Source: Eubacteriales bacterium
GTDB lineage: Bacteria; Bacillota; Clostridia; Oscillospirales; CAG-272
Length of the DNA stretch: 64,000 nt
Assembly (NCBI GenBank): GCA_045614425.1
Contig: JAZLCX010000143.1
Span: 24,509-88,508, forward strand
Direction of reading: 5' to 3'
Shown piece after piece: positions 19,457 through 30,334 of this stretch. The notes under the pieces were generated by a model, which saw only the letters and a list, made by a program, of their open reading frames with translations, made no database searches and was not told the origin of the DNA. A program made the position numbers and the translations under genes. Each line of letters begins with the position of its first letter. The stretch's first letter is position 1.

Positions 19457-19511
19457 TAAACAATGCCTTTCTATAAGTCAATTAACAGTATTATTTGCAA
19501 CAATGTAAGTA

Positions 19512-20918
19512 CTATGCTTTATGGGCAACAGCTATATAAAGCTTATTTTCTGCATTTTTAGTGCCACCGTCCCTTACACCGAAGCCCGCAACCCACAAAA
19601 TTCCGTCATCGTCGCAAATAACCGGAATATACTGTCGTCTTTCGGGGGGGATCGATTTGTCGTTAAAGAGCTTTTTGAGCTTGCGGGTCATCTTTCCGTA
19701 GGTATAAGAATCTCCGTCGCGCCTTTCTCTAACGTACAGCTCGCCTTTAATTATATCAAAATCAACCGTCTGTTGTATTGAAATTTTGTAAACTTTTGAA
19801 TAACTATCATTAATCGGCTCTCGGGAAAGAATGATATACGTATCAATTTCCGGAACGTAATTAACTCCTAATGACAGCCTTGATTCATAACCGATTTTTA
19901 TATCATCCCTTGGCGCTTCAATTCTGCATACACCGCGATCCGAAATAAAGCTCACTCCGCCGGGCAAACTTACGGAAAAATCCCCGCCGCCGTGCAAAAG
20001 CTCGTATATTTTTGATATATGCGAGTGCACAATCGAAGAAGCACCGCATTCTTTTGCCATATACGCAACCACTCTCGAAAAAACCGAATAATGAAGCTCT
20101 CTCAAGCTCCTATCCGACGGAGTGAAGGACATTTCATTAAGAAAGCTTATTGCAACGCCTTCTATATATGCTGCATCCGAGCGAAGATTCGCGGAAAGCT
20201 TTGAAACTTGAGCTTCGGGATTATCGCATATCGAAAAAAGCTTCGGCAAAATTTCAGCTCTTATATAGTTGCGCTTATACTCTGTATCCGCATTGGTACT
20301 GTCCGTAACAAAGGGGATCTTTGCAATATTGAGAGCCGTAATAATATCTCGCTTGGGAGATACGAGCAACGGACGTATTATCTTATTATCACGTACCGGT
20401 GCTATCCCGGACACTCCACGTGTTCCCGCGCCGCGCAGCATATTAAATATGACAGTTTCTAGATTGTCGGTTGCATTGTGTGCCACTGCAACGCAAGAAA
20501 CATCGTTTCTGCTCTGTAATATCTCATCGAATATTGAATATCTTACATTTCTTGCAGCTTCTTCAATGCCTAGCGATAATTGCTTTGCCACAGTCGGAAC
20601 ATCGCGGCGTACCGAGATAAATTCCACACCTAAAGATTCGCAAATTTCACGTGAAAAATTCTCATCTCTGTCAGCTTCCGCGCCTCGTATCATATGATTC
20701 ACGTGTACTGCGCAGATCTTCGGACAGGAGTTTTCCTCACTGTATTTTTTCAAAAAGCAAAGAAGCATCATCGAATCCGCACCGCCGGAAAATCCAACAA
20801 GAACGCCTCCGGATAAAGAATCGGTCATACCGTATTCTCTTACTGTTCGAAGCGCATCGGAGTATATCTTCTTACCGCACGGAGAGAGAAAGAGCTTATT
20901 AATATCAACTTTCATCAC
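19512..20918 (-). CDS. tilS: tRNA(Ile)-lysidine synthase
   Basis: 468 aa with PP-loop FSGGADS. The start overlaps the dnaB stop by 4 nt. Confidence 0.9.
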   Translation of the reverse strand: MMKVDINKLFLSPCGKKIYSDALRTVREYGMTDSLSGGVLVGFSGGADSMMLLCFLKKYSEENSCPKICAVHVNHMIRGAEADRDENFSREICESLGVEFISVRRDVPTVAKQLSLGIEEAARNVRYSIFDEILQSRNDVSCVAVAHNATDNLETVIFNMLRGAGTRGVSGIAPVRDNKIIRPLLVSPKRDIITALNIAKIPFVTDSTNADTEYKRNYIRAEILPKLFSICDNPEAQVSKLSANLRSDAAYIEGVAISFLNEMSFTPSDRSLRELHYSVFSRVVAYMAKECGASSIVHSHISKIYELLHGGGDFSVSLPGGVSFISDRGVCRIEAPRDDIKIGYESRLSLGVNYVPEIDTYIILSREPINDSYSKVYKISIQQTVDFDIIKGELYVRERRDGDSYTYGKMTRKLKKLFNDKSIPPERRQYIPVICDDDGILWVAGFGVRDGGTKNAENKLYIAVAHKA

Positions 20919-22273
20919 GCCTTCAGGTCTTCCTCAAGTGTTCTGAATTTAGTGAACTGACCGATCCATCCCATCTTAACGTTTCCGACAGATCCGTGTC
21001 TGTTCTTAGCTATAATCACCTCTGCCGTATTAGCAGTATCCTGAGCTCCCTGTTTTTCACTGCCGCTTATGTCCTTATAATATTCATCGCGGTAGAGAAA
21101 CAGAACTATATCGGCATCCTGCTCGATAGAGCCCGAATCACGAAGATCGGAAAGAGTTGGCTTTTTACCGTCACCTGCACGCGATTCGGTTCCTCTGTTA
21201 AGCTGCGCACAGCATACTATCGGCACTCCGAGCTCCTTAGCCATAATCTTGAGGTTTCTGGAAATCTCACCCACCTGCTGCGCCCTGTTATCGGTATTTG
21301 ACGTGCTCTGCATAAGACCGATATAGTCGATCACAACGAGCCCGAGATTTGGTATGCGCCGAAGCTTTGATTTCATCTCCGCAGACGTTATTGCTGACGT
21401 GTCGTCTATATAGATATCCGAGCCGGAAAGCGAGGAAATTACACCTGCAATATTATCCCAATCCTCAGTCTTGAGCTGTCCTGTTCTGAGCTTTGATGAA
21501 TCGACGAGGGCTTCGCTTGACAAAATACGCGAAACAAGCTGCTCGCCTGACATTTCAAGAGAGAAAATTGCAACCGCCTTCTTTTGCTTGGCAACGTTAA
21601 CGGCTATATTCATAGCAAACGAGGTTTTACCCATACCGGGACGGGCTCCTACTATAACAAGATCTCCCTTGCCCATCTGTATGAGCATTCTGTCAAGCGC
21701 GGAAAATCCCGTTTTAGCGCCTGTAACAGCACCGTTTGTTTCGGCAAGAGTTTCTATATCCTGATATACGTTTTGAAGAATTTCTCTTATATGGCGGAAA
21801 TCCTTGCTGTCGTTTCCGTGCGTTAAATCAAAAATTTTCTGCTCCGCACTGTCAACTATAGTCTTTACGGGAGCGCCCTCATCATACGCATCTCCGCTTA
21901 TCTCATCACATATACCGATGAGCTTACGGAGAGTTGATTTATCCTTTACAATTCTGGCATAATCCTTGACATTTGCAACCGACGGAACCGAGTTTGCTAT
22001 CAATGAAATATACTGTATTCCGCCCGCCTCGTCCCTGTCACCTTCCTCCACAAGAGTATTAACAAGGGTTACGGTGTCAATGACTTTACTCTGATTATAC
22101 ATTTTTATGAGCGCAGAATAGATATGCTTATGCTCATCAAGATAAAAATCGGATGCGCTTATAAATCCGGCAACCTTATCAAACGACTCCGGATTGATTA
22201 TGAGCGAACCAAGCAATGCCTGCTCTGCCTCTATATTTATAGGCATTTGTTTTACAATGCTATTGTTATCCAT
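20915..22273 (-). CDS. dnaB: Replicative DNA helicase
   Basis: 452 aa with Walker A GARPGMGKTSF. The rplI-dnaB order is conserved. There is no intein-sized insertion. Confidence 0.95.
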   Translation of the reverse strand: MDNNSIVKQMPINIEAEQALLGSLIINPESFDKVAGFISASDFYLDEHKHIYSALIKMYNQSKVIDTVTLVNTLVEEGDRDEAGGIQYISLIANSVPSVANVKDYARIVKDKSTLRKLIGICDEISGDAYDEGAPVKTIVDSAEQKIFDLTHGNDSKDFRHIREILQNVYQDIETLAETNGAVTGAKTGFSALDRMLIQMGKGDLVIVGARPGMGKTSFAMNIAVNVAKQKKAVAIFSLEMSGEQLVSRILSSEALVDSSKLRTGQLKTEDWDNIAGVISSLSGSDIYIDDTSAITSAEMKSKLRRIPNLGLVVIDYIGLMQSTSNTDNRAQQVGEISRNLKIMAKELGVPIVCCAQLNRGTESRAGDGKKPTLSDLRDSGSIEQDADIVLFLYRDEYYKDISGSEKQGAQDTANTAEVIIAKNRHGSVGNVKMGWIGQFTKFRTLEEDLKA

Positions 22274-22291
22274 TTTTATACCGCCCGAATT

Positions 22292-22735
22292 TTATTCGTG
22301 TACTTTTACGACAAATTTTGCGCTTATATCCTGAAGAAGTTTAATTTCAACGTCAAAGCTTCCGTATGCTTTGATGGATTCCTTTAAAACGATTTTTCTT
22401 TTATCAACGTCAGTACCTATTATTTTCGAAAGAGCTTCAGCTATATCCTTAGAGGTAACCGAGCCGTAAAGTCTTCCGTCTGCGCCGTGTCCCATAACTA
22501 TATCAACGGAAACAGACTTAATTTTATCGGCAAGAGCGGAAGCGGCCTTTCTGTCTTCGCTTATACGGTACTGCTTTGCTTCCTCCTTGCTCTTAAGCTC
22601 GCTTGTTGCTTTTGCATCTGCTGCGACAGCCTTCTTCTGTGGGAAAAGGAAATTGCGTGCGTATCCGTCAGATACGTTTACAATATCATCCTTCTTTCCG
22701 TGTCCCTTTACATCACAAAGTAAAATTACCTTCAT
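22292..22735 (-). CDS. rplI: 50S ribosomal protein L9
   Basis: [22 protein letters not shown] 22735 is preceded by GGAG; the track starts 4 codons earlier. Confidence 0.95.
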   Translation of the reverse strand: MKVILLCDVKGHGKKDDIVNVSDGYARNFLFPQKKAVAADAKATSELKSKEEAKQYRISEDRKAASALADKIKSVSVDIVMGHGADGRLYGSVTSKDIAEALSKIIGTDVDKRKIVLKESIKAYGSFDVEIKLLQDISAKFVVKVHE

Positions 22736-22785
22736 AACTATCTCCATTCTGCCGCCCTTGGCGGCCGCACAAAATTAACGTGATT

Positions 22786-24786
22786 TCATAATTCGAGATA
22801 AGCGTCTATACCCGCTTTAAGTGTCTCGAGCACCTCAGCGACAGAATTCGACACAACCTGCGCACCCGCAACGTCAAAGTGTCCGCCGCCATTAAATTTT
22901 TCAAGAATCAACTGTACGTTTATCTTTCCGTTAGATCTGCCTGAAATGTGTATCTGTTCACCTATTCTTACAAGGGCAAACGCCGCATCTATTCCTCGGA
23001 GAGTGAGCATTTTGTCGGCGGCTTTAGAAGCGATAACACGGTAAGTTTCATCGGTTTCTCCGTCGCAGGCGGAAATTGCAATTCTATCTCTGTAGGTTAT
23101 AATTGCAGTGTGGAATCTTGCCTCCTTTGACAAATCCTCTGCCGACGTTTTGAACATGTTATATACATCGGTGGGGCTTGCTCCCGCGCCGCGAAGATAC
23201 TGCGCTGCGCCGAAGGTTCGTGTTCCGGTGTTTCTCGTAAACTGCTTCGTATCAAGGAGAATTCCCGAAAGAAGCATGTTTGCAACCTCTTTAAGAAGGC
23301 TCTGAGAGCTTATCGCATTTTCGAGCATCTCGGTTACAAGCTCGCAAGCGCTCGATGCCGAAGGCTCAAGGTAGGAAAGGCGAACGGTATCCGAAGCCTT
23401 CTCTATTCTTCTGTGGTGATCAATAACAGCAATATTTTTCACCTTTTTAGCAATATCCGGGAACTGCGCGCGTTCTATAATATTGTGGTCGACAAGCACC
23501 ACAAGTGTGTCAGGACCTACAAGATCAAGTCCCTCTGCATTATCCACAAACATTTGCGAGTATATATCGGTTTCCTGCATCATTCGAATGCACGGTAAAA
23601 GGTTCTTATCACGCATATCGACTGCTATATTGGCTTTTACACCGCAAAGCATACAGAGTCTTGCAACACCGACCGAAGCACCGAAGGAGTCAAAGTCACC
23701 GTAACGGTGTCCCATGATAACCACGTTATCTGCACGCGCCATAAGAGCGGTAAGCTGGTTCGTAAAGGTTCTGGAGCGCACGTTGGAGCGCTTGTACACC
23801 GATTTCGTTCTTCCGCCGTAATATTCGGTCGTTGTTTCGGTTTTGTAAACCGCCTGGTCGCCTCCGCGCTGAAGAGCCATATCTATTGCATCTCTTGCGG
23901 CAAGTTCGCGGTCTGCAAGTGTTCCCTTCACACGGGAAACACCGATGGAAACAGTAAGCGAAACGCTGTCACCGACTCTCGTCTCTCTTATGGTATCAAG
24001 AATTGCAAATCTGTCCTTTATACATTCATCGAGATACACCGAGTCAAAGAACATTACGTATTTATCGTTATCATACGACTTAATGATGCCGTTAACGGAC
24101 TGCGCCCACTTTTTAAGCTTTGCATCTACCACCGCAACAGCATCTCTGGACTGCTCGTGAACGTACTGCAATACGTCCTCAACGTTATCTATTGCAATAT
24201 ATGCTACGGCAACTCGCTCATCGGAATACTTTTTCTCAGCTTCGCTGAGTGTTGTAATATCCGTAAGCATGGCGAGATAGAGACCGTCGCCATCCTCGCT
24301 CACTTTAAACCCTTCGATCTTATACAGTCTTCCCTTTACTTCGGTGACCATATCCGAAAAGGTTTCGTGATCAAATTCCGCAGTAAATATCTTTCCGATA
24401 TTTTCCCCGACCAGTGTTTCCTCGGACTGTATAATAGCTCGCATAGAATCGTTATACCAAAGCACAGTTCCGTGCACGTCAAGAGCGATGACGGGATACA
24501 GCGAATTCTTTATTACGATACTGCCGTCTTCATTAAGAATCCTATGGATACTTGCGGACGGATGGACCTTGATATTAGACTTATGGTTTAACCCGATAAA
24601 CGAAACTTCGATAAGGTATATAAGGGTAACAAGTATTGCCGCAAATACCGCCGATGTTTCCCAAAACTCAGCTATTACGGCAAGCACCGCTATGTTTACG
24701 CAAGCAAGAGCTATGGACAGCGCTATTTCAAAGCGCGATGCGTACGGTATTCTCAGCTTTACATGTCTGCTATTCTTAAACGACAT
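22786..24786 (-). CDS. gdpP: c-di-AMP phosphodiesterase GdpP (TM-PAS-degenerate GGDEF-DHH/DHHA1)
   Basis: Two N-terminal TM helices, DHH motif VIDHHRR and DHHA1 GGGH. The yybS-gdpP-rplI-dnaB synteny is present. ATG 24786 is preceded by GGAGAGGTG; the track start is a TTG 18 nt upstream. Confidence 0.9.
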   Translation of the reverse strand: MSFKNSRHVKLRIPYASRFEIALSIALACVNIAVLAVIAEFWETSAVFAAILVTLIYLIEVSFIGLNHKSNIKVHPSASIHRILNEDGSIVIKNSLYPVIALDVHGTVLWYNDSMRAIIQSEETLVGENIGKIFTAEFDHETFSDMVTEVKGRLYKIEGFKVSEDGDGLYLAMLTDITTLSEAEKKYSDERVAVAYIAIDNVEDVLQYVHEQSRDAVAVVDAKLKKWAQSVNGIIKSYDNDKYVMFFDSVYLDECIKDRFAILDTIRETRVGDSVSLTVSIGVSRVKGTLADRELAARDAIDMALQRGGDQAVYKTETTTEYYGGRTKSVYKRSNVRSRTFTNQLTALMARADNVVIMGHRYGDFDSFGASVGVARLCMLCGVKANIAVDMRDKNLLPCIRMMQETDIYSQMFVDNAEGLDLVGPDTLVVLVDHNIIERAQFPDIAKKVKNIAVIDHHRRIEKASDTVRLSYLEPSASSACELVTEMLENAISSQSLLKEVANMLLSGILLDTKQFTRNTGTRTFGAAQYLRGAGASPTDVYNMFKTSAEDLSKEARFHTAIITYRDRIAISACDGETDETYRVIASKAADKMLTLRGIDAAFALVRIGEQIHISGRSNGKINVQLILEKFNGGGHFDVAGAQVVSNSVAEVLETLKAGIDAYLEL

Positions 24787-24821
24787 ATTTAAACACCTCT
24801 CCAAATAGACAAAGTTGCTGT

Positions 24822-25811
24822 TTACTGTTTATTGCCAGATGCTTTTGCTATCTTGTTCTGACGAACGTTTACAAAAACACCTATATACGAGAAAAGCTGC
24901 ACTGCAAACGAAGATATCAAAGACGAAGCGATAATCATAATCAAAACAGCAAAAATTTTACTTCTTCCGCGCGATATAATGAAACGAAATACAGACTTTA
25001 CGCCAATGTAAAGAAATACCGCAGAAAAGATAGTGCTGAGTGTAATTATGACATATGAAAATACACCGGTTCCCGTCGCTTCAAAATAAGCAATGACAGA
25101 CACTATTAAGTAAAAGTAGGCAATGGTATTTGAGGTTCGGAAGCTCCAAGAAGAAATCCCCGCGTCGTCAGAAAAATAAGAATTTGCCGCTTTTGAAAAA
25201 ATCTTCAGCGTTATTCCCGTTATAAAAAACGAGATCAATGCGAACACAGAAACGGAAAGGATCAAAAGCTCGTCGAACATTGCCGCAGCTTCGTAGGCAT
25301 TGTAGGCAAAAAACGTCGTCTCATCCGCCTCTACCTTTAAGGAAGTCACTACTTCCACAAACCGCGTCTTTGTTGCCGAATATAAATTGACACAGTAATC
25401 CTTGAAAGAACCTGCGCCGAGCGATTCTTTTGCATTTGCCAAAAGAAGAATTAATGAAAGCAGCATAAGCACAAAAACCGCAAGGGATATCCAAAACGCA
25501 GTCTCCCCTTTTGAGAGTCCGCGGCGGATAGCCGTAAAAATTATAAATCCGACCGCAGCATACGCAATTCCCTCGAGAGAATAGAGTCCGCTAAGGAAAA
25601 TATTGACCGCAAGGGTTATCACAGGAAGCGCGTAAGAAAAAACTCTTTTATTTTGATTCTCACATAAAAGGAGCAATGCGAAAAATGTCGCCGCAACCGG
25701 CAAAAGAAGGTATCCGAATACTGCACATCCAAGAGCGGACAACAGCGTATATATAGATAGCATAATGACATTCTTTGTGCTACCGCTTTTTCTTTTCAAT
25801 AAAACTTGCAT
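24822..25811 (-). CDS. YybS-like polytopic membrane protein (DUF2232)
   Basis: 329 aa with many TM helices, in the position upstream of gdpP as in the Bacillus yybS-yybT pair. Confidence 0.7.
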   Translation of the reverse strand: MQVLLKRKSGSTKNVIMLSIYTLLSALGCAVFGYLLLPVAATFFALLLLCENQNKRVFSYALPVITLAVNIFLSGLYSLEGIAYAAVGFIIFTAIRRGLSKGETAFWISLAVFVLMLLSLILLLANAKESLGAGSFKDYCVNLYSATKTRFVEVVTSLKVEADETTFFAYNAYEAAAMFDELLILSVSVFALISFFITGITLKIFSKAANSYFSDDAGISSWSFRTSNTIAYFYLIVSVIAYFEATGTGVFSYVIITLSTIFSAVFLYIGVKSVFRFIISRGRSKIFAVLIMIIASSLISSFAVQLFSYIGVFVNVRQNKIAKASGNKQ

Positions 25812-26017
25812 TTAAAACTCCGATAATCTATCTTATATTTGGAGAAAACCCCAAACATACAGAACCATTATAGCACAGATAAAATGTTTTGTAAATATTT
25901 TTCTGAAAAATCTATTAATTTAATTATTTATTATAAATACGGTAATTCTCTTTTTCTATTGCTTTTTCTCTTTCATTGTGATAAAATAATTTTATAACAC
26001 TAACTTGCGGAGGTATT

Positions 26018-26899
26018 ATGAGAGCTGTTAAGGAAAGAGCAAATGCGAAAATCAATCTACACCTTGACGTGATTTCAAGGCGTGACGACGGTTTTCACGA
26101 TATAAAAACAGTAATGCACTCAATATCTCTTGCCGACGATATTACGGTAACCTATACACCGTCTAACGAGACTGTTATCAGACTGTCTGTAAACGGCAAT
26201 AGGTTTTTACCTACGGATGATAAAAATTTGGCAACAAGAGCGGCGGCGTGTTACCTAAACGCAGCTTGCAGGACCGCAAATATCGATATCAAGCTTAACA
26301 AAAAAATCCCCGTTTCCGCGGGACTTGCGGGCGGTTCAAGCGATGCAGCTGCAACACTTCGCGCAATGAACCGGCTTTTTGAAAAAATGTTCTCCGAGGC
26401 TGCTCTTTTTGAAATGGCTGCCACACTCGGCAGCGACGTCCCGTACTGCCTATACGGAAAAACTGCGCTCTGCGAAGGTAGGGGCGAAATAATAACTAAG
26501 CTCCCCGATACGTTGAAGCTATGTGTAGTCGTAGCAATCTCAAACGAAAGAGTATCAACGCCTGCCGCGTACTCTGAGCTTGATAAAATCTACTCTTCTT
26601 TCGACGGCAGTGTGAAAACCGGCGGTGACTCTTATTTTTCGGATTTAATTTCAGCTATAAAAGGCGGCAAAGCATTACCGGGTACGCTTTTTAACGTTTT
26701 TGAAAGTGCAACCTTCAATAAATGCCGCGGTGCAAAATCTATAAAAGAAAAATTGCTTTTACTGGGTGCTGACTGCGCACTCATGAGCGGAAGCGGACCT
26801 AGCGTTTTCGGAGTGTTTAAAAGTATCGATGAGGCAGAACGCGCCCGCACTGCACTTTTATCAGACGGCATTTCCGCGTATACTGCAACGACGGTATAA
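26018..26899 (+). CDS. ispE: 4-diphosphocytidyl-2-C-methyl-D-erythritol kinase
   Basis: 293 aa with KINLHLDV and GHMP-kinase motif GLAGGSSDAAA. Confidence 0.93.
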   Translation: MRAVKERANAKINLHLDVISRRDDGFHDIKTVMHSISLADDITVTYTPSNETVIRLSVNGNRFLPTDDKNLATRAAACYLNAACRTANIDIKLNKKIPVSAGLAGGSSDAAATLRAMNRLFEKMFSEAALFEMAATLGSDVPYCLYGKTALCEGRGEIITKLPDTLKLCVVVAISNERVSTPAAYSELDKIYSSFDGSVKTGGDSYFSDLISAIKGGKALPGTLFNVFESATFNKCRGAKSIKEKLLLLGADCALMSGSGPSVFGVFKSIDEAERARTALLSDGISAYTATTV

Positions 26900-26987
26900 A
26901 TTGCTTTTTGCTTTTAATTATTTCTTCTCTTTTGCTTTACATTTTCATCGGTATATGATATAATAATTCTATAATTCGGAGGTCGGT

Positions 26988-27206
26988 ATGGCTATAATTT
27001 ATTTTTCCGTCGGCGACAGTCTTGTCTTGAAGAAGAAGCACCCCTGCTCTTCCGACATATTTAAGGTCATGCGCGGTGGAAGCGATGTCAGAATTATCTG
27101 CACAAAATGCAATCGTGACCTCACGATTCCGAGAGAAAAGCTCGAAAAAATGATAAAAAAGGTCATTTCAAAAAAAGTTGAACAAACCGACAGTTCCAAT
27201 ACATAA
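26988..27206 (+). CDS. DUF951-family small protein
   Basis: 72 aa with GDSLVLKKKHPC...FKVMRGGSDVRIICTKC, the pattern I recall for DUF951. SD GGAGG. Confidence 0.7.
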   Translation: MAIIYFSVGDSLVLKKKHPCSSDIFKVMRGGSDVRIICTKCNRDLTIPREKLEKMIKKVISKKVEQTDSSNT

Positions 27207-27220
27207 AAACGGAGAAAGCA

Positions 27221-27829
27221 ATGTTTTATTATCTTAACGGAAATCTTGAATACAGAGATGCAAACACCTGCGTTATCGACTGTGGCGGTGTCGGTTATAA
27301 GCTTACCGTCAGCCTCACCACATCCGACTCGCTTGTAAATAAAATGAATCAAACCGTCAAGCTCTTCACCTATCTCGCCGTTCGCGAGGACGGAATTGAA
27401 CTTTTCGGATTTGCCACGAGTGAGGAGCGCGCCTGCTTTAATCAGCTTATAGGCATAAGCGGTGTCGGTCCAAAGGCGGCAATAAGCATTTTATCGACTC
27501 TTTCTGCAGACAAATTTTCCCTTGCCGTATGTACCGAGGATGTAAAGGCAATTTCTAAAGCACCCGGCATAGGCGCAAAAACCGCCGCTCGAATAGTCCT
27601 TGAGCTCAAGGATAAAATTTCGAAGGATATGATGACTGCAGGCGGAAAGGTTGACCGCGGTGAGCAAATCGCCGTTCCCACAAGCTCGGTTCTTTCCGAG
27701 GCTGTCGAAGCGCTTATGGTATTGGGATATGACAAAAATACCGTGCTCAGCGCTCTGCGCGGATTAGATACTCAAGGTATGGACGTCGGAAACGTCATAA
27801 AGGCTGCCCTCAAAAAGCTGTCGAGATAA
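27221..27829 (+). CDS. ruvA: Holliday junction DNA helicase RuvA
   Basis: 202 aa with HhH motifs GISGVGPKAA and APGIGAKTA. Confidence 0.95.
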   Translation: MFYYLNGNLEYRDANTCVIDCGGVGYKLTVSLTTSDSLVNKMNQTVKLFTYLAVREDGIELFGFATSEERACFNQLIGISGVGPKAAISILSTLSADKFSLAVCTEDVKAISKAPGIGAKTAARIVLELKDKISKDMMTAGGKVDRGEQIAVPTSSVLSEAVEALMVLGYDKNTVLSALRGLDTQGMDVGNVIKAALKKLSR

Positions 27830-27847
27830 TATAAAGGAGATGCTGAA

Positions 27848-28930
27848 GTGATAGAAGAAGCAAACGAGTTTGACTTTGAAAACCGTATTATTTCAAGTGA
27901 ATACAGCTCCTCGCAGGATGCGGAAACCGAAAATTCTCTGCGTCCTAAAACTCTTAGCGAATACGTGGGACAGGAAAAGGCAAAATCAAATCTTGAGGTT
28001 TACATAGAAAGCGCAAAGCTTCGCGGTGAACCGCTCGATCACGTTTTGTTATACGGACCTCCCGGACTTGGAAAAACCACGCTTTCAACAATAATTGCCA
28101 ACGAGCTTGGCGTTAATATCAGAACCACCTCCGGTCCGGCTATTGAGAAGCAGGGCGACCTCGCCGCAATACTTACGAATCTTGCCGAGGGTGACGTTCT
28201 TTTCATAGACGAAATTCACAGACTCTCGCGAGCGGTTGAGGAAATTCTCTACCCCGCAATGGAAGACTACGCACTGGACATTATCATCGGAAAAGGACCG
28301 AGTGCGCGTTCGATCAGACTCCCTATACCCAAATTTACGCTAATCGGTGCAACAACACGCGCCGGTCAGCTTACGACACCTCTGCGTGACAGATTCGGTG
28401 TCCTTCTCAAGCTTGAGTTATACACACCTGAAGAGCTTGCACTTATAGTTAAGCGCTCTGCCGATATACTTGAAATAGCCATTACCGATGACGGTGCATA
28501 CAGCATTGCCTCGCGCTCGAGGGGAACGCCGCGTATAGCAAACCGTCTTTTAAAGAGAATACGTGATTTTGCTCTTGTAAAGGGGGATGGCACAATCACC
28601 TCGGAAATTGCTAAGATGGCACTCTCTTCCCTCGAAATCGACGATTTGGGACTTGATAATATCGACCGCAGAATGCTCGAAGCGATAATAAAGTACTACG
28701 CCGGCGGCCCTGTCGGACTTGATACTCTGGCGGCTACGATAGGCGAGGAAGCCATAACCATTGAGGATGTGTACGAGCCTTACCTTATGCAAATCGGATT
28801 CCTTGCAAGGACTCCGAGAGGCAGGTGTGTAACAAAGCTTGCGTACGATCATCTCGGAATTCCTTTCGTGCCGGGCGCAAATCAGGGCGCGCAAGTTGCG
28901 GGACAAAAAATCTTAGATTTGGATAATTAA
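27848..28930 (+). CDS. ruvB: Holliday junction DNA helicase RuvB
   Basis: 360 aa with Walker [10 protein letters not shown] and Walker [12 protein letters not shown] start with AAGGAG upstream. Confidence 0.97.
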   Translation: MIEEANEFDFENRIISSEYSSSQDAETENSLRPKTLSEYVGQEKAKSNLEVYIESAKLRGEPLDHVLLYGPPGLGKTTLSTIIANELGVNIRTTSGPAIEKQGDLAAILTNLAEGDVLFIDEIHRLSRAVEEILYPAMEDYALDIIIGKGPSARSIRLPIPKFTLIGATTRAGQLTTPLRDRFGVLLKLELYTPEELALIVKRSADILEIAITDDGAYSIASRSRGTPRIANRLLKRIRDFALVKGDGTITSEIAKMALSSLEIDDLGLDNIDRRMLEAIIKYYAGGPVGLDTLAATIGEEAITIEDVYEPYLMQIGFLARTPRGRCVTKLAYDHLGIPFVPGANQGAQVAGQKILDLDN

Positions 28931-28957
28931 ACCATAGCAGAAATTAAATTTACAAAT

Positions 28958-29022
28958 AAAAAAAGACGGAGTTTTTGAAGCAAACTGTTTGGGGTTCACT
29001 TCATATTCTCCGTCTTTTTTGT
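28958..29022. terminator. Bidirectional terminator between ruvB and rpe
   Basis: GACGGAG (28965-28971) pairs with CTCCGTC (29008-29014), with an inner TGAAG/CTTCA helix. It is flanked by an A-run and a T-run. Confidence 0.7.
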
Positions 29023-29029
29023 TTAATTC

Positions 29030-29674
29030 TTAGCGAAGAGCTTCGATGGCAGCGCGTCTGTCAGCGGATTTGAATACCGCGCTTCCCGCTACGAGAACGT
29101 TTGCTCCCGCATTAACGGCAAGCTTTGCGGTTTCGGAATTGATTCCGCCGTCAACCTGAATATCAATATCCAGACCGCGCTTGTTTATCTCCGCACGAAG
29201 TGCGCTTACCTTCGCGAGCATATCGGGCATAAATGACTGACCTCCAAAGCCGGGCTCAACAGTCATTATAAGCACCATGTCACATCTGTCAAGGTACGGA
29301 TATACGGCTTCAACAGGTGTTTTAGGCTTGATTGAAACTGCAGCCTTTTTACCGTATTTCTTAATTGTTGCAAGGCACTCATCCGGAACGTCGGTTGCTT
29401 CAAGATGGAAGGTAACAAGATCTGCACCACACTCTGTGATATAGCGCTCTATGTACTTTTCCGGTTTATCTATCATAAGATGAACGTCAAAGAAGATATC
29501 GGTCTTTTTTCTTAACGATTCGAGCACTGCAAGACCAAACGAACTGTTAGGAACGAAAACGCCGTCCATTACGTCCAGGTGTATCATATCAGCACCTGCT
29601 TTTTTGGTTTCGCAGACCTCCTCGCCCATTCTTGTTAAATCGCACGCAAGTGCAGACGGAGAAATTTTTATCAT
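29030..29674 (-). CDS. rpe: Ribulose-phosphate 3-epimerase
   Basis: 214 aa with HLDVMDGVFVPN and MTVEPGFGGQ. Confidence 0.95.
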   Translation of the reverse strand: MIKISPSALACDLTRMGEEVCETKKAGADMIHLDVMDGVFVPNSSFGLAVLESLRKKTDIFFDVHLMIDKPEKYIERYITECGADLVTFHLEATDVPDECLATIKKYGKKAAVSIKPKTPVEAVYPYLDRCDMVLIMTVEPGFGGQSFMPDMLAKVSALRAEINKRGLDIDIQVDGGINSETAKLAVNAGANVLVAGSAVFKSADRRAAIEALR

Positions 29675-29825
29675 TTTAATATTCCTTTCATTTTACTGTA
29701 TAGTAGCAGTAATTAATTATTTTCATAAAGTAATATAGAAAAGGAAACTCGGCAAGCTATGCGCCATCGACATTAAAGAAAAGGAAGTTCCTCGGATTTT
29801 GGCGTGACGAGCGGCCTTTTTGATT

Positions 29826-29848
29826 GGTACCCTGTAAAACAGGGTGCC
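29826..29848. terminator. 9-bp hairpin abutting the ispF stop (terminator-like; orientation puzzling)
   Basis: GGTACCCTG-TAAAA-CAGGGTGCC. The T-run follows only on the plus strand, inside the ispF 3' end. On the minus strand there is no U-tract. Confidence 0.3.
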
Positions 29849-30334
29849 TTATTTTTTTATTTCGAGTAAAACAACTGCGTGAGCAGAAATTCCCTCCTCG
29901 CGACCTGTGAAGCCGAGACGTTCCTCGGTTGTAGCCTTGACGTTAATCTTCTCTACCTCACATCCGAAACCGAATGCGATATTCTCGCGCATTTTTTCAA
30001 TATACGGCGCTACCTTAGGCTTTTGAAGTATAAGTGTAGAATCTATATTTACAATCTTTGCGCCGTGCATATCCATGAGCTTCTTTGTTTTTGCGACAAG
30101 ATTCATACTTGATATATCTTTAAATTCGAGAGATGTGTCCGGGAAATGCTTGCCGATATCACCTTCTCCAAGTGCGCCGATAACAGCATCCATCACAGCA
30201 TGAAGCAAGACATCGGCATCCGAATGTCCGAGAAGACCGAGCGAATGCGGAATTTCAACACCGCCCAAAACGAGTCTTCTGTTTTCGACGAGTCGGTGAA
30301 CGTCATATCCGTGACCAATTCTTAAATCAGGCAT
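29849..30334 (-). CDS. ispF: 2-C-methyl-D-erythritol 2,4-cyclodiphosphate synthase
   Basis: 161 aa with GHGYDVHRL and GHSDADVLLHA. Confidence 0.95.
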   Translation of the reverse strand: MPDLRIGHGYDVHRLVENRRLVLGGVEIPHSLGLLGHSDADVLLHAVMDAVIGALGEGDIGKHFPDTSLEFKDISSMNLVAKTKKLMDMHGAKIVNIDSTLILQKPKVAPYIEKMRENIAFGFGCEVEKINVKATTEERLGFTGREEGISAHAVVLLEIKK

